From: Acanthaster planci
Lineage: Eukaryota
Reading direction: 5' to 3'
DNA length: 64,000 nt
Assembly (NCBI RefSeq): GCF_001949145.1
Contig: NW_019091356.1
Coordinates: 124,001 to 188,000 of the forward strand
Both the position numbers and the translations under genes were made by a program. Under the pieces are notes generated by a model. It saw nothing but the letters and a program-made list of their open reading frames with translations, was not told the origin of the DNA and ran no database searches. This document shows positions 13,817 through 27,376 of this stretch, piece after piece (the first letter of the stretch is position 1; each line of letters starts with the position of its first letter).

Positions 13817-14040
13817 TGCCGTCGAATTCGGGCAGTCTGTCTGTTTCTTGTTCTCGCGCTCGAACGGCGGGAAAACTATCCAAGAACACTGTTCTCGGAA
13901 CAGAATCACACCACCTGCTTGCCAGGGTTTTACAGGAACACACTCGAAAACTCGTGAAATTTTTGTTTTTCAACAACTGCAAGTAGAGCATCCAGGGATT
14001 TTGTTATCCAAGACCAGGCATTAAAGCTTACCTCTCAGCA
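13529..14040. repeat. Perfect 61-bp direct repeat pair (13529-13589 and 13980-14040)
   Basis: CAAGTAGAGCATCCAGGGATTTTGTTATCCAAGACCAGGCATTAAAGCTTACCTCTCAGCA occurs twice, 451 bp apart; a diverged partial copy (CAAGACCAGGCCTACCGCTTACCTCTCAGA) is at ~26140-26169. Confidence 0.9.
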
Positions 14041-17000
14041 GTAGAGAGATGGCTTCGAAGCCACAAACAAAGGGAGTTTAAAATTAACATTAATTATTTT
14101 TCATAACAGAGGAATGAATGTTCCTGTTTAAATAGAAAAGAATTTAGCCCATCCAAGCATCAACTTTCGAATAACGTACTGTACATGGACGCCGCAATTA
14201 ATGTTGCATGTTGCTTGCCATTAAACAGCCAGCAGTATAGTAACTGGTTGTAGGTTCCCGGCGTTCGACCGGCCGACACACCAACAACAAATTTAAATTG
14301 AGCTGTTCGAGAACCAAACCGCCTGAACTCAGCCTAGCGTCCACAGAGGACGCTGGGAGGCCTTCCCTTAACCTTAGGGCCAATCGCTTTTAAGCTCTCA
14401 TCGGCCAACTTTTTACGGCCTGTGACCCGCGAGGTCATTACTTCCTTTGTAAACATTCTTGGGTAAATCATTTTGTCATTACATTTTGCTAATTGTTACG
14501 GAAATTAGTTGTGGATTATATTAGGACGTTATCATGGCACATTTGAGCCGCTTTCGCATCTGTGCTTACATCTCGCAATGTTTTGCGTGTGCAAAATCGT
14601 GACCCCGTGTGAAACGGATTAGCTCTTCTCGGCGCCCTGTATGGGCGTGGAGTGACGAGCGAAACCAGCAGTACCAGAAAATAACAATTAAAGCCTAATT
14701 ATCTCTGGGGGCCGATAAATTTTTTTTTTCATTCAACGTTTTTGACGGCAAGGGTAAACACTGCATAATTTGTATGTTATTATTGTTTTTTGTCATCGTT
14801 AAAATGTAGCTATTTTAGTTCAAGGGGATCCCACTTGATAAGCCCTACTTCTTGGATCCCCTTCTAGGGCCTACATCACATCTCATGTATATATATCTTA
14901 TATATTTGTCAGGTTATCTCACCGGTTATAATGCAATTATGAATTAAGGGATATTAATTATTGATGTAAATATTATGTCAATATTCATGCTTATACTCAC
15001 ATTATTGCTTTCCCATGTGGTAAAGTAATAAATGAATGAATGAATGCACATTATGTCATTATGAATAGAGGAACAATATTTTGCACAGTTCGCCCGGGTT
15101 GGGCCTACATTAGCATTCCCTTGACTCAAGCAATGATACTTCCTGAAAAAGGAGCAAAACAAAACTACAAAATAATATTTATAAACATCAATTACATTTT
15201 TTATTTTGAAAACAAACACTTTTGTCTGTCCTTGAAAACGCTCCGATTCGTGCGATCTTCGTGAAAATAGCACGCATAGTAAACGCTGATAGAAGTACTT
15301 ACACTGCTTTGCAGCTCCTCAACCATGTATTTCAAAGCTCCATGTGCTTTAGACACAAAACGTTAATATCTGGAGACAAAAACAGACGCGTACAATTTAC
15401 AGGTTGAATTCTCAAAAAAGGAAGAAAAAGACTACGCTCAATGGCATGAGTTATAACGAGGCTTCAAACAATTATCTCCGAGATCCATTGTAGATTTATA
15501 TCCTTGCGAAAAACTCATTTTTCCCAGGAGATCTTGTTTGCCGAAGCCATATTTAGCTAAGCATGCATGCTTCGTATAAATATATGGGGTTTCTTTCTTG
15601 AAATATACGTCGGAGAATATTCTTCCAATTGTTTAGACATTTTGTATGTTTTTGTTCAGATTCTCTGTTGATAAAAGCTGGTTGGTGGTTATGTAAACAT
15701 GCATTTTATAAACAGCACACTGTGAGGAAAATCCATTTGGTAAACCTGATGAAGGAAGAAAGTTTGAAAGAGAGATAGGTAGTTTATACTATTAATATGC
15801 AACTCATGAGTGGTTACTCCATCGTTGAAAAAAGTCGGTATTCTTGAACTTTACTATAAGATGAAAAACGATCTAAGTAAACGTGAATCAGTCTTCTACT
15901 TGCGTAGATATACATCACAGAAAACGCACCTTAAACATGACGTAACGCGATATTTAATGACGTCATCTTACCTCCCTTCAATATTCATCTATATTAGACG
16001 TCCTCTTCTAGGTACATGAGTTTGAACCCTACTGGACTTATACCTCTGCAGATGTAGGTCATTGCAGAAATGCACCTTTGACGCGATGTCACGTGACATG
16101 TAATGACGTCACCATAATGTGACATCAATTTCATTTCTGGAACAGTGGTATCCGAAACGCAGGAGAACAAGAAATCTACCTGGACCGTTTGTTATTAAAA
16201 CATCGTTCTTATTTGGGGTTCAGGGGTCCTTTTATTCATAATATCATTGAAGTTCATTTTGGTTTTACCCTGAATATCATTAGACAAGTTGGAACATCCA
16301 TTCTATCACCCAATGACACTGGATATACATATCTTGTAATGTATTCAGCTAATATGCTGTTTACGTGAACGTGATATTTGTAAAGTGCCTTGACTGAATT
16401 GGACATTTGTTCGTGAGCCACATTTTGTGTGTATATTGTCGCATTCACTGTTACCTGTCAACCTCTTTATCTAGACTTCAATAAAAACAACAAACTGAAG
16501 TCAACAGATAATAGGTAGCACCAAAAATAATCCTATTAACCTTTAAACATCCTCCATAACTTGAACGTGAATTAAGTGGTTGATCATATGTAACTCGCGT
16601 TTATGAGCAGCTGATACTCCGATGTGTTTCAAGTTTGCAAAGAATTCAACTTCGCGGGCATGTCAATTGACAAGTGGTTTTAATTATTCCGTGAGATATA
16701 TGAGTTGTTTATTGGTTTGGTGACCTGAAGCATGCCTGTCTAAATTTAAATAACACAAATAAGAAGTATCATACTTTTCTTCATGATGAAAATGCAGTTT
16801 TCTGAGGCGGGACACTTTTTGAAAATCACCCCTACTCCCAATTCCGCCACTAGGTGATTGATGTATATAACCGGGAATTGTTTCATTTTCGCCCTCTTAT
16901 TATTCCCAAATTACCCTCGAAACGCTGCAGTCCGCCTATGACATTTTGATTGCTCGAAATGTCGAAAAAGAAAAAGATTGTGAAGTGTTTCTGTTAATGT

Positions 17001-17746
17001 ATCAGGGAAAGGGTCTTATACAACACAATCGCAAAACAAGAGAATTAAATTTCGGTATGAAATAGCTATCAAGTGAATGGTAAAACATCTTGGATCCTGG
17101 GAATATGATAACACGTTTGGTCAAGGGGTATCCTGTTATTCGTAAGTATTTTCCGACACAAACTCACATTTTCAGCAGCTGTTACATTCCTACATTGTTA
17201 CGAAGAACGTCACCATGGTGACAGTAGTGTACATTTCAGAGTACGTCATAGCAACAGTATTGAAAACGATGACGAAAAATGTTTTTACAAATCGCTGTGG
17301 GTTGATGAATGTCCTTCAAGAAAACTGATTATGCACAGCAACTCTAAATGGTTGATTATTGTCCTCTGGAAAACTACAGGTACAGGATCGAAACATCAGA
17401 AATGATGCATTAACTGTGCTTGTACAACTTTTCAACACCGACAGTTTTCTACTCCAATGAGAGATTACTTGGAGGTCCCCCGCTAAGTGCCACTTGACCC
17501 ATGGCTTGTTGATTTATAAGACACCTTTTTATGATATAAAATCAACGTACATTTCGTGTTACATTTTAGTGCACAATGTGAACTGCACGTACCACTTCAA
17601 ATTCTTTTCCAAGTGACTCGACCAAATCAAGCTCGGCAAATCGTTTTCAGTGTCTGGGCTGGTGATTTCAGATTGGCAAAGAGCTTGACTGATAATACTC
17701 ACGTCTTTAGGATCCAAATCCATTTACCCGCCAGTCAATATACAAA

Positions 17747-20700
17747 ATGGATGGAGTCTTTGGATCTCGTTCCTACTTTCAAGCAGCAGACTATATCGTC
17801 TGTGGGGTGATGCTTCTGGCGTCTGTAGCCATTGGTGTTTATTACGGAGTAAAGGGAGGTGGTCAGCGTAACTCTTCTTCATACGTTCTAGCTGATCGCA
17901 GCATGACAGTAGCCCCGGTCACACTTTCTCTTACTGCTAGTTTGTTCTCTGGAATTGCCTTGCAGGGCATCCCGGCTGATGCATACTTCCATGGCCCAGT
18001 GTTCTTTTGGGCGAGCGTTCCTATTACCTCTAGTGTAATTCTTTCCTTGGCATTTTTCATGCCGATGTTTTATAGGCTTGGTATGGCGTCGTCCTATGAG
18101 GTAATGCATTGAAAAAGAAGTATCTTTTGAAAAAAAAGGCAGTTTAACTTTAACTTGCTTTAACTCATTTTATGACCAGCTCATGGTTGAAGTCAAAGGA
18201 CTTTTGATTCATAAAAAATTTCGTTTGAGCTTTTTATTCATCTCGTAATCATTTTCTTTTCATAGAAGCTTTAAAATCTCTGAAACAAAACTAACTCCGA
18301 CGTTACGATTTACTTTAGCAAAACATTACGAATCTTTTCCACAGAATTTGGGAAATCTGATTTCTGTAATAACAGTTTATTGTGATTTCAAAACAGTACC
18401 TTGAACTTCGTTTCAACTATGCAGTTAAGATCTGTGGAGTGTTGTCTTTTCTGCTTTTTGCGGTAAGCTGAATTCATGTTCTGCCTGTTCAAACGGTCCG
18501 GTTGCAGGATTCTGGATAAATATTACTGAACAAATCGAATTTCAAATTTCTAGTTTAAAAAACGCGCTAAAATTCACAAGTTTAATGTCGTGACACTACG
18601 GATTACCAGACCTGCTGTTACTAATCTGTACGGATTGGATTACCACTTGTATACTTATCCCAGTTCTTTTCAGAACCACACATACTCAAGTTAGAGATAT
18701 ATTCCTTCGCACGGTGCTACCGCAAGCCTTTCCACCTATCACTTGTCTCACTATTTGAACTTCTTTTCATTTAGCAGCTGTGCGTTTGTATTTGCTGTCT
18801 TAATAGGTTTTCCCATTAAATTTTTCAGGTGCTGTACACTGGTGTGGTCACGTACTTAGCCAGTGTTGCTGCTAACACAGGTATATATGTATAATTATAT
18901 GGATCCTAAAAAATCTCAGATTCACACGTAACTCCAGGCCTGAAAAACATAACGTTGGTTCATTGAGTGACAGCAAGAAGTACACCTGCCGTAGTATTTT
19001 ACCTACATCGAATAGGAGTTAAGAAAATTAAAGGTCCCTTGAGCATTGCCAACCTATTTAACTGGTAAGCAATAGTTCACATGGGGGGATTTATGTTGTT
19101 CTATCCTTGAACTTTTCAGTGACTGGAATCCGTGTTGAGGTCGCCATAGTTAGCCTGTGTGTAGTGTGCGGTATTTACACAGTTATTGTAAGTACATGTT
19201 CCCCAGCATATTGTATTCTTATCTTCAATTCTCGAGCACATTAACAGGATTTACTAACTGACATGTAGGACGTATTCATACATTCGAAATAATGCAAGAC
19301 TGGACTTAATGAATAATACTCGTAAATGTACCCCTCTAAGACGTGTTTTCGTTGTATGTCTCCGTAAAAATCAACACTTCAGGTCTCTGGGTGTGCTCCA
19401 CATACTGCGACCAAAACCAGGTCATTTGGTGGATACATATAAGACCTACACGGCTGCGCTGTAGTCACGCCAAAAAGTTTGTCAAGACATAAGTTCGGCA
19501 TGGCAGTGCCAAGGCGTTTGGTCCGAGTCAATGCCTTATCCAGCGCTGTAGCTGTTCTAATTAGAGGCGCCACGACATTGGTCTTCGAAGTTTGGCGTTT
19601 AGCGCACTGCTAAAGGCACTGATTTGCCGCGCCATTGCCACACTCAGTTTCATTAAGTTCGGCACGGAAGTAACCAAAACCAATTTTTAAGGGGGGGGGG
19701 ACAAAACAATGAAAGTATTTTTAATGCAAACTTGTATGGCCTTTCTGAGAGGTGAAGTAACATTAAGGGGCTTTTATCACGCTTTTTCAAGGAAGGAACG
19801 TAAGAGCACAATATTAGCCAGTATTTAAAAAAAATTGCCCGTTTTTGAGGGGGTGACCCGTGTCGCACCCCCCCCCCATTTACCGTTGCATTTAGTTGTA
19901 GAGTGAGTGATCATGAATCCTCTAATAACTTCAGGCATATTTCATTTTCCTGACAGGGGGGAATTAAAGCTGTCTTATGGACAGACAGCTTACAGATGCT
20001 CCTTATGCTGACTTCCACCGTAGCAATCATCATTAAAGTGTCCGTTGAAAACGGCTTCGAGAATATATGGACTATAGCGTCTGAAGGCTCAAGAACAAAT
20101 CTTTTGCAGTAGGGCTTCTCAAACTCTGTTTTCTTGTCATGATTGTAGCATCAAAGTCTGATTTGTATTTTGGTTTCTGTTTGCATGGGTTCTATGTTAT
20201 TGATCCAAATTGCACACACTTCTGAAGCCGGCCCACGGTACAACAAAAATCTAATGAGGTCGAGTTGCAATTTGTATCTATGGTCGCACGAGACTTCCAG
20301 TAACACACGTACGTAAAATATATTGATTCACTCTCTTTTTTACTAATGTTGTGTGATAAGATGAAAGTCAAAGTAAAACCATTGATGTCTATTAAATTCC
20401 TTTCCTTTCGTTCACATTCATAAAGTGTTCAATGAATACCGACGACTTACCTTATTTGACTTCTGTCAGTTTTAACGGAGACTTGACTGATTTCTACAAC
20501 GGATGGGCTTTTGTCACTTCCACCACCTTCGCTGGTTTCGTAATCACTAACCAGTACATGGTACAGCGACTGGTAGTTTGCAAGTCGGAAGCTGTAGCCC
20601 GAGCGTAAGTCTGCTGAACAAAGAAAGGGTGTGGTTTTAAAAGGCCAAAGATGAAAACTTTACCTGCCTGCGGCTATTGCAGTAATACATTATGTAAAGA

Positions 20701-23700
20701 TTAGGAAAATGTATGTAGGCCTAAATTACTTTCTGGTTATTTTTCATTGACCCCATGAAATGTTTTCAATCATTTTTAATTCCAACGGTATGTCGACATT
20801 TTCAAAGCAGGATTTTAATGTTTATTAGTGTGTTCTGACCCAGATCGTTGATTTCATTCTTCGTAATCACCGTCTTGTACGTGATCGTTCTGGTGTTTAC
20901 CGGCATTTGTATCTATGCATACTATGACGGATGTGATCCTCATACACTCGGATACATCACTAAGAGTGATCAGGTAGGTGACCAGGATTTGTAAGGAACT
21001 GTACAGTCTAGACAGACAGCGAACGTAACACCTTATCAAAAAGCAGACCCAAAAATCCTTGTATAAATAGGTTGGTTGAAACTGGGAATGGCATTCATTG
21101 TAAAAATTATGATGGAAAAAGACAAGCTACATTGCACCTTCATCAGAATTCTTGGTCTTTTAACACAGATTGTACCGTTCTTTATTACTGACGTGTTCAG
21201 CAATCGACCAGGAGTACCGGGTCTACTACTAGCTGGATTGTTTGGTGCTGCATTGAGGTGAAATCCAAACATTGTCAATAATATAGAAGCAAGTTAGAAA
21301 ATCGCCTGATATGAAGAGATACCTTTTTAATGAGATGTTTGTCACTAGTTCAATTTTCTTTTCTTTACTGCAGTACCCTGTCTTCGGCTCTCAATGCAAT
21401 TGCCACTCTGGTCGGGGAACATTTCATCAAGCCTGCTTTTAATAATCTGAATGATCTGACCTTCACAGTCATCCTCAAAAGCATCGGTACATTTGGGGGA
21501 GGGGGGTATTGCGTACATGATGCGTTCATGCATTTCACATTCACAGACACAAAAATCGACCCATTAATATAACACAAATGTGCGTGCGTTGTGTTTGGCT
21601 GTCAACATCGCTCATGAGGCGATTTTGACAACCGAACACAATTTTGATAGACACGAAACGCTTGGCGCAAGTGTTTACACATGGAAAGGCACCCCTTAAC
21701 CGTGACCGCTACAATCACAGGTATGATAGGAAAGGATATTCAACGTTATGACGTGTGTTTTCTAATTTGTATTTTTAGTTGTTGCTGCTTCGGCTTTGGC
21801 TCTGGGAATGTCGTTCCTTATTCCAGCTATCGGGGATGCCATACCGGTAATATTTAACCCAATGCATACATAATTTTGAATAAAAATCTGAACGACAAGA
21901 CTCACAAGAAAAAAAGAGTGCAAAAATCCAATATAGAATGCTTTTCGCCACACTTTAATTGGAAAATTAAATTAGGTCCAATTTACACAATCAAAATTCG
22001 AGTCAAATGGTATCCTATCCCCTTCAAAACAAACTGTAGTTTTGATATCATCATGCCCACAAAGTAGGATATCGCAAACTGTATTCGAGTCTCAGTTCGT
22101 TCACGTTTGATTAATTTCTACGTTTCCCCTCTTGTTCATTTTAGGTGCTACTGACAGTAACGGCTTGTACAACGGGCTGTCTATTTGCTATCTATTTCCT
22201 TGCAGGTTTTTTTCCTTTCTGTGGGTCAAAGGTATGTCGTCAGTAAGAATGCATTAATAAGGGGATAAATAGACCCTTCACTAATGAAATTCTAATTTAT
22301 GTGCGCATCCGCGTAAATGGCATGTGGAAGCAAAAAGCTTGAGCGGCCCATTGAACATGTACAGAGGCACAAATTTAAACGTCATTTTCTCTCAGCGCCT
22401 ACACTTTTTTGCTTTCATTTTCCCGGAAAATTTATACGTGGAAGGGTACATGCTTTGATTACTGCAGAAGAATCGCCTTATATGGAATTGGCGCGCGTGG
22501 TGAGTTCTGCGTGCGCGACGCACACAGTCTTGACCAATAGGAATGGATTGAACTCTCTCGTGTCCAGGTGTCCGCGGCATTAGAAAATCGCAGCAGGTTT
22601 TATCAAAGGTTTACACACGATTCACGTTGTGCGTTGTTGACTAGGGAAACGGTCTAAGATATTTATGAACTGTCATTCATAAATACCGGGGACAGCTTTC
22701 TATTCCTGTTGGTTGAAGCACGTCACTTGCCCGTGTATCAACATTAGGCCGACCACAAGCATATATTTATTCCCTTATTTACACCTTTTATTTGAGCAAT
22801 ACATGTACAGAGAAAACGTTGTAAGACAATTCATTTCAACTGAGATCTGGTCTGATTGCGTGAATACTTTCCCTTAGGGTGCTTTATCTGGTTTCGTGGT
22901 TGGTTTGATCGTCGCTTTGACAATGTCAGTGGGTTGCATCGTCTACCAAGTCCCTCCCGACAACTTGCCGTTATCAGCCGACAGGTGTCTGAATGAGACT
23001 GACACTAATTATAACGAAACTGTATCATCACCAAAGGACGAGAGGTCATGGTTTAACTCCACTGTAACACCGTCGATGATGACAACAAACAGCGATAGCA
23101 GCAGGTTTGTGGGTTTAATTCTTGCAATTTGTGCTGAGTGTGTAAAATCTTCGTGTGGGCCAATAGTGATTTCATAGAGACAGTCCGCAAGTTCAATGCA
23201 TACAGTTCTGTCCTATATGAATAGCCGAAGTATTGAAACCTACTCTGGAAGTGACACTACGAACGATTTTTTCAACTACACAACAGGTACCGGTTATGAA
23301 AGTAACTATGAAAAAGATGGCTGGAACAGGAATGATAATATGGACTTATTCACTCCCACAGATCGGAAATTCCAGTCATTTTTTCTTTGGCGAAATCCTG
23401 GTTATCTTGTCTGTCATTTCTGACAACCATGGCGGTGGCTTTACTGGTGACACTTGTAACTGGTGAGTAAACAACAGTAACTCGAAAGAACTTGTATTTT
23501 TCATGTGTTTAATTTCGGATGTATTATATATGTGGTATTTATTTCCATTGTTTTTAGGGAAAAATGACACTTCCAACATGGATCCGCGCCTAGTGATTTG
23601 GAAGATTAAAAACAGCAAATCAAGCAAACCACAGAGGGTGAGCATACCGACGAAATAACATAACAATCATTAATCATGAATCAATTATTGACGACATGCT

Positions 23701-23905
23701 CAGTGCATGAGGAACCAATTGTTTTGCAAGTGGTCAAATGGAAGTCCTCAAGATTATGATTTATTTCTCTACTTCCGATCAGAGAGTAAGGACTGGATAC
23801 AAGGCTGTTCCAGAAATGGAATGTGAAAACATCTGCAACAGTAGTGAAGCTATTGGTTCAACGCCTGAAGACAAACAACTAATGGAAAGAATCACTTCAA
23901 TTTAA
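17747..23905 (+). CDS. SLC5 sodium:solute symporter, SMCT/SMVT/NIS-like, copy A; 15 exons: 17747-18100, 18397-18462, 18829-18880, 19120-19187, 19957-20108, 20470-20604, 20844-20973, 21169-21257, 21374-21486, 21779-21846, 22145-22231, 22878-23104, 23362-23462, 23558-23637, 23783-23905
   Basis: DY.V...ML..S.AIGVYY, YVLADRSM, SSYEYLELRF, GGIKAVLWTD, NQYMVQR, YAYYDGCDP, DQIVPFF, PGVPGL..AGLFGAALSTLSS, LPLSADRC; open spliced frame ending ERITSI*. Confidence 0.92.
22270..22656. mobile_element. Probable old MITE in SLC5 copy A intron 11
   Basis: Imperfect terminal inverted repeats TAGACCCTTCACTA ... TAGGGAAACGGTCTA enclosing a CpG-richer interior; the interior partly resembles ~43480-43590. Confidence 0.35.
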
Positions 23906-24078
23906 ATCGTTCCTTTTTTTAATGCGTTTATAATGTGCTATATATGCATTTCAAAGAAAGTTATATATGAATGAGGATCTGTACTCTATTGACTGGATAC
24001 GACAAAAAGTTCAAGTTAACAGTACTTTCATCCTGTAAGGCTCTTATTGAAAGGGAGATGCAGTACATGTAATTTCGA

Positions 24079-24350
24079 TTAATGACCCCTTGACACGCAT
24101 TGAATTTAAAGCTTTCGGTCGATCATTAGCAATTAAAATCAGAGTTTCCATCCAATAACCAACTTGTAATTCCTGCTGGTTAGAATCAAGTCGCTTATAC
24201 GCTTTATATGAAATACTTGTGCCACGGAACTCAAGTTATAAAGGGATATACACGACATGTAATAAAGTTAATGACCCCTAAACACGCATTGGAAGCCCTT
24301 GGTCGGTCGTTCGCAATTCCAAATAAGACATTCTATCCAATTGACCAACT
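24079..24350. repeat. Diverged local direct duplication (~85 bp units starting ~24079 and ~24268)
   Basis: TTAATGACCCCT..ACACGCATTG...GGTCG.TC.TT.GCAATT...TCCAAT..ACCAACTT present twice. Confidence 0.6.
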
Positions 24351-27300
24351 TCAAAAACTTGCATATTACTTTGCACTTCTCTCCCAGCTGATTAGGATTA
24401 AGTTGCCCCGAACCCCTAAAATTGAAATCGTTAGCACAGTGAATTATTGATGGGCATAGGTATTGCTGTACGTATATACGTATAGACTTGTCTAGTTACT
24501 CCGTTGTGACAGCTTTATCTCGAGTTTCCCTCCCTGCTGTTTCACAGCAGCTTTTAGCTACGCTAAAGAAAATGCGCCCTTCTTCAAAAAAGGGTCCGTC
24601 AAACTATGGCGTGATGCGCATCTGAAAAATTAAGCCTTTATTTAAACTGCACGAGCTGGGACCACTTCAATGCCGTCGTTCATCCGGTCAATAAATGATA
24701 GAATTTAATTGGGAAAAACTGGCAAATAAAAAAGTATTTGATGTCCCCTGTATCCTTTGAATCAATTCCAGTCACTGCATACTGGGCGTCACTAAAATTT
24801 AAATACTTTGTAGGAGTTCTCAAAAATATTACGTGACTTATATACCGCGTGTTTATAAGGTATCGTTGCATTGGAATTTTAAAAGTGTACCTACTAACTT
24901 TTCTCTATACTCACGATTGTCATTAACGTGTTTATTTCTAAATTTGCTGAGATTGTTTCTTTGTCTATCTACATAGCGCAGAATTATTGGGAAACTGAAA
25001 GACAACTATTTTGGTGTGTCTTAACACTTAGACAAAATCTATTTGATGGGTCATACAGTTGAAGAGCTGTTTACAGTTACGGGCAAATATACAGTGTGAA
25101 CAGCAACCCTACGTTAGGAATTGTCAAGCCTTAATTTCCAGGGTCAACGGGTGACAGGATTTCGCGAACCAAATTACCTAACCCCTACTTGAACACTCGG
25201 ATCTACGACTCTTATTTAGACACAACCTTACAAGTGACACAATTTCCCTCCATTCCGATACCTTTCAAGTACAACTGGATAAACTGTTTTTCATAGGCCT
25301 AATGCATGCAACTGTTTGTTTAAATTCTCCGTATTTATTTTTCTTCAGCATGTATCACTGGCACATGCACACGTATTAAACTGACATATAACCACAGCAT
25401 TTTCCGTTTACGTTGTGTTATGTACAATAAATATAGAAAAAGTGTAGAATGTGGATAGCCCTGTTAGACTGAAAAGAATGGCACTGTAGAAAAAGTAGGC
25501 AATAATATACACTAGTTGGCAGCCTATTTATTGCGGAGACAAGTATTAGGACATGAGTCAGGTTTTGATTCTGCGGGATTATGTAAACTATTTGATGTGA
25601 GACATCTTGTTAAGAGGTTTATTTTCCATCTCTCCATTCTTAAAACTTTTAGATGCAGACTGCCATGCTTTTACAACAGTGATGCAAAGATGCATCCTTG
25701 ACAAAGTTGACATAGGCCTATCAGCCACAGTTAGTCAAATGACCCCTATGTGTGTGTGTATTGTGGCAAATCAAGTGGAAGGAATTTTTGACTGTGAATG
25801 TTGCAGCGGTTGTTAAGGAAGATAGTTGACGGCCAGATACGGAACTCTTTCCAACAGTACCCCTAGAATTATGACTTTCATCACTTCAGGTCCATGAGAC
25901 TTGAAAGCCTCATTGTAGGGAGGCAGGGCAACACACCCACGATGTAGCTTTATGTGTAAATGGTGTACGTACGATGATAAAACAGTGAGCAGGCCACAGA
26001 ATCATCATACAAATATCAACAGCCTACCGTGGTGCGAGTATTAATTGCACCGACTAGAGCCAGTACAATAATACGCATCGAAGCACCCTGAAATATGAAT
26101 ATAGGGCCCTACACACGACTCCTTTTTCAATTTTATTCAGCAAGACCAGGCCTACCGCTTACCTCTCAGACTGAGGCATCTGACACCCCCTACACTATAC
26201 TGCTGTTACAAACGGTATTTTACGACGTAGACTTCTCAAAGATTTTCAGATGTGCGAGTCTCCATTCTGACCACGTCAAGAACAAAAGCACTCTTCATTG
26301 TGATTCTTGGACAAAACTCACCCTTACAAAACATTCCAATTAGAGCCTTATTTCTAATGTAATCATGGTCTCAGAGGACCAACATCAGATCAAATATTTT
26401 CATTGTCTTTTCAATGTTTTTTACAGCAGAGATAGACAAGGTACCCATGACATTTATATAACTATATATCAATAACGATCTGAAAAAGTCAACTGTGCAG
26501 GAAGATTTTGCATAGTTTGACTGGATTTCAAAAATGTCTTGTTTGATATTTCTGTTTAGTAGGCTACACGATACGCGTTTAGTTTGGGTGGGTTTGGGGG
26601 GACTTTGTTGGGTTTTTTTCGTTGTTTTTTGATTTTTCTTTTTCGAGTTCAGTGTTTTTCTGCAGAGTTGGAGTGATGGTCCGGAAAACATGCCTAATAT
26701 TACAAAGAAATAACAAGGAAGACGAGACTCCAAAGTACAAAATGAACGAACACGAAATCAGTGGCAGGATACTTTTAGAATCAACTGAGAATTTATGTCC
26801 ACAAGATCATTTGACTTTAAAAAATAACTTCTAGGCCTTGCCTACACTGAGTTTACTCTAAATGAAATAAAGGAACCTTTATATCATATTTGGCCTGAAT
26901 AGTTTTAGCTATTTATTTCAAATGTCCAACTATTTATAAATTATTCTCTGAGAGATTTTTTCTGAAATATCCTATCCTGTTTAGACAGGTATGATTATTG
27001 TTCATTGCGTAAACAATCAATATAAATAGAGAGTTAATCTACATGGCGGAGGTCTGTTCTAAATTGTCTTTAGAAAGTCTTGGAGGAAATATTTATAATT
27101 TTTAAGCGATTTTGTCTAAAAGTCAACGAATTCAAAAGTCAGTCTTAATTGATAACATCTGCAGATAGCAACTATGGATTCTTCAACAAGATAGTATCGT
27201 TCATGTATCTGCAATCTCCAGTGTTCGAGGCCTGGGAAAATAAAATGGGTGTAGATTCTTAATACAGATCAACATGGGTGTTTATTGTAAGCCAAGGAAA

Positions 27301-27376
27301 CGATAGTTTTGAATCCTGGTGCCGCTTTTGGATCATTCTCCCACAATGCCCCCTTGCTGGAGAAGAGTCCACTTAC

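Noticed and set aside
14822..14863. 10-bp inverted repeat AAGGGGATCC...GGATCCCCTT
   Set aside because: Isolated short hairpin with no TSD or other context.
15746..15772. CTGATGA...GAAA words
   Set aside because: No stem II between the core boxes.
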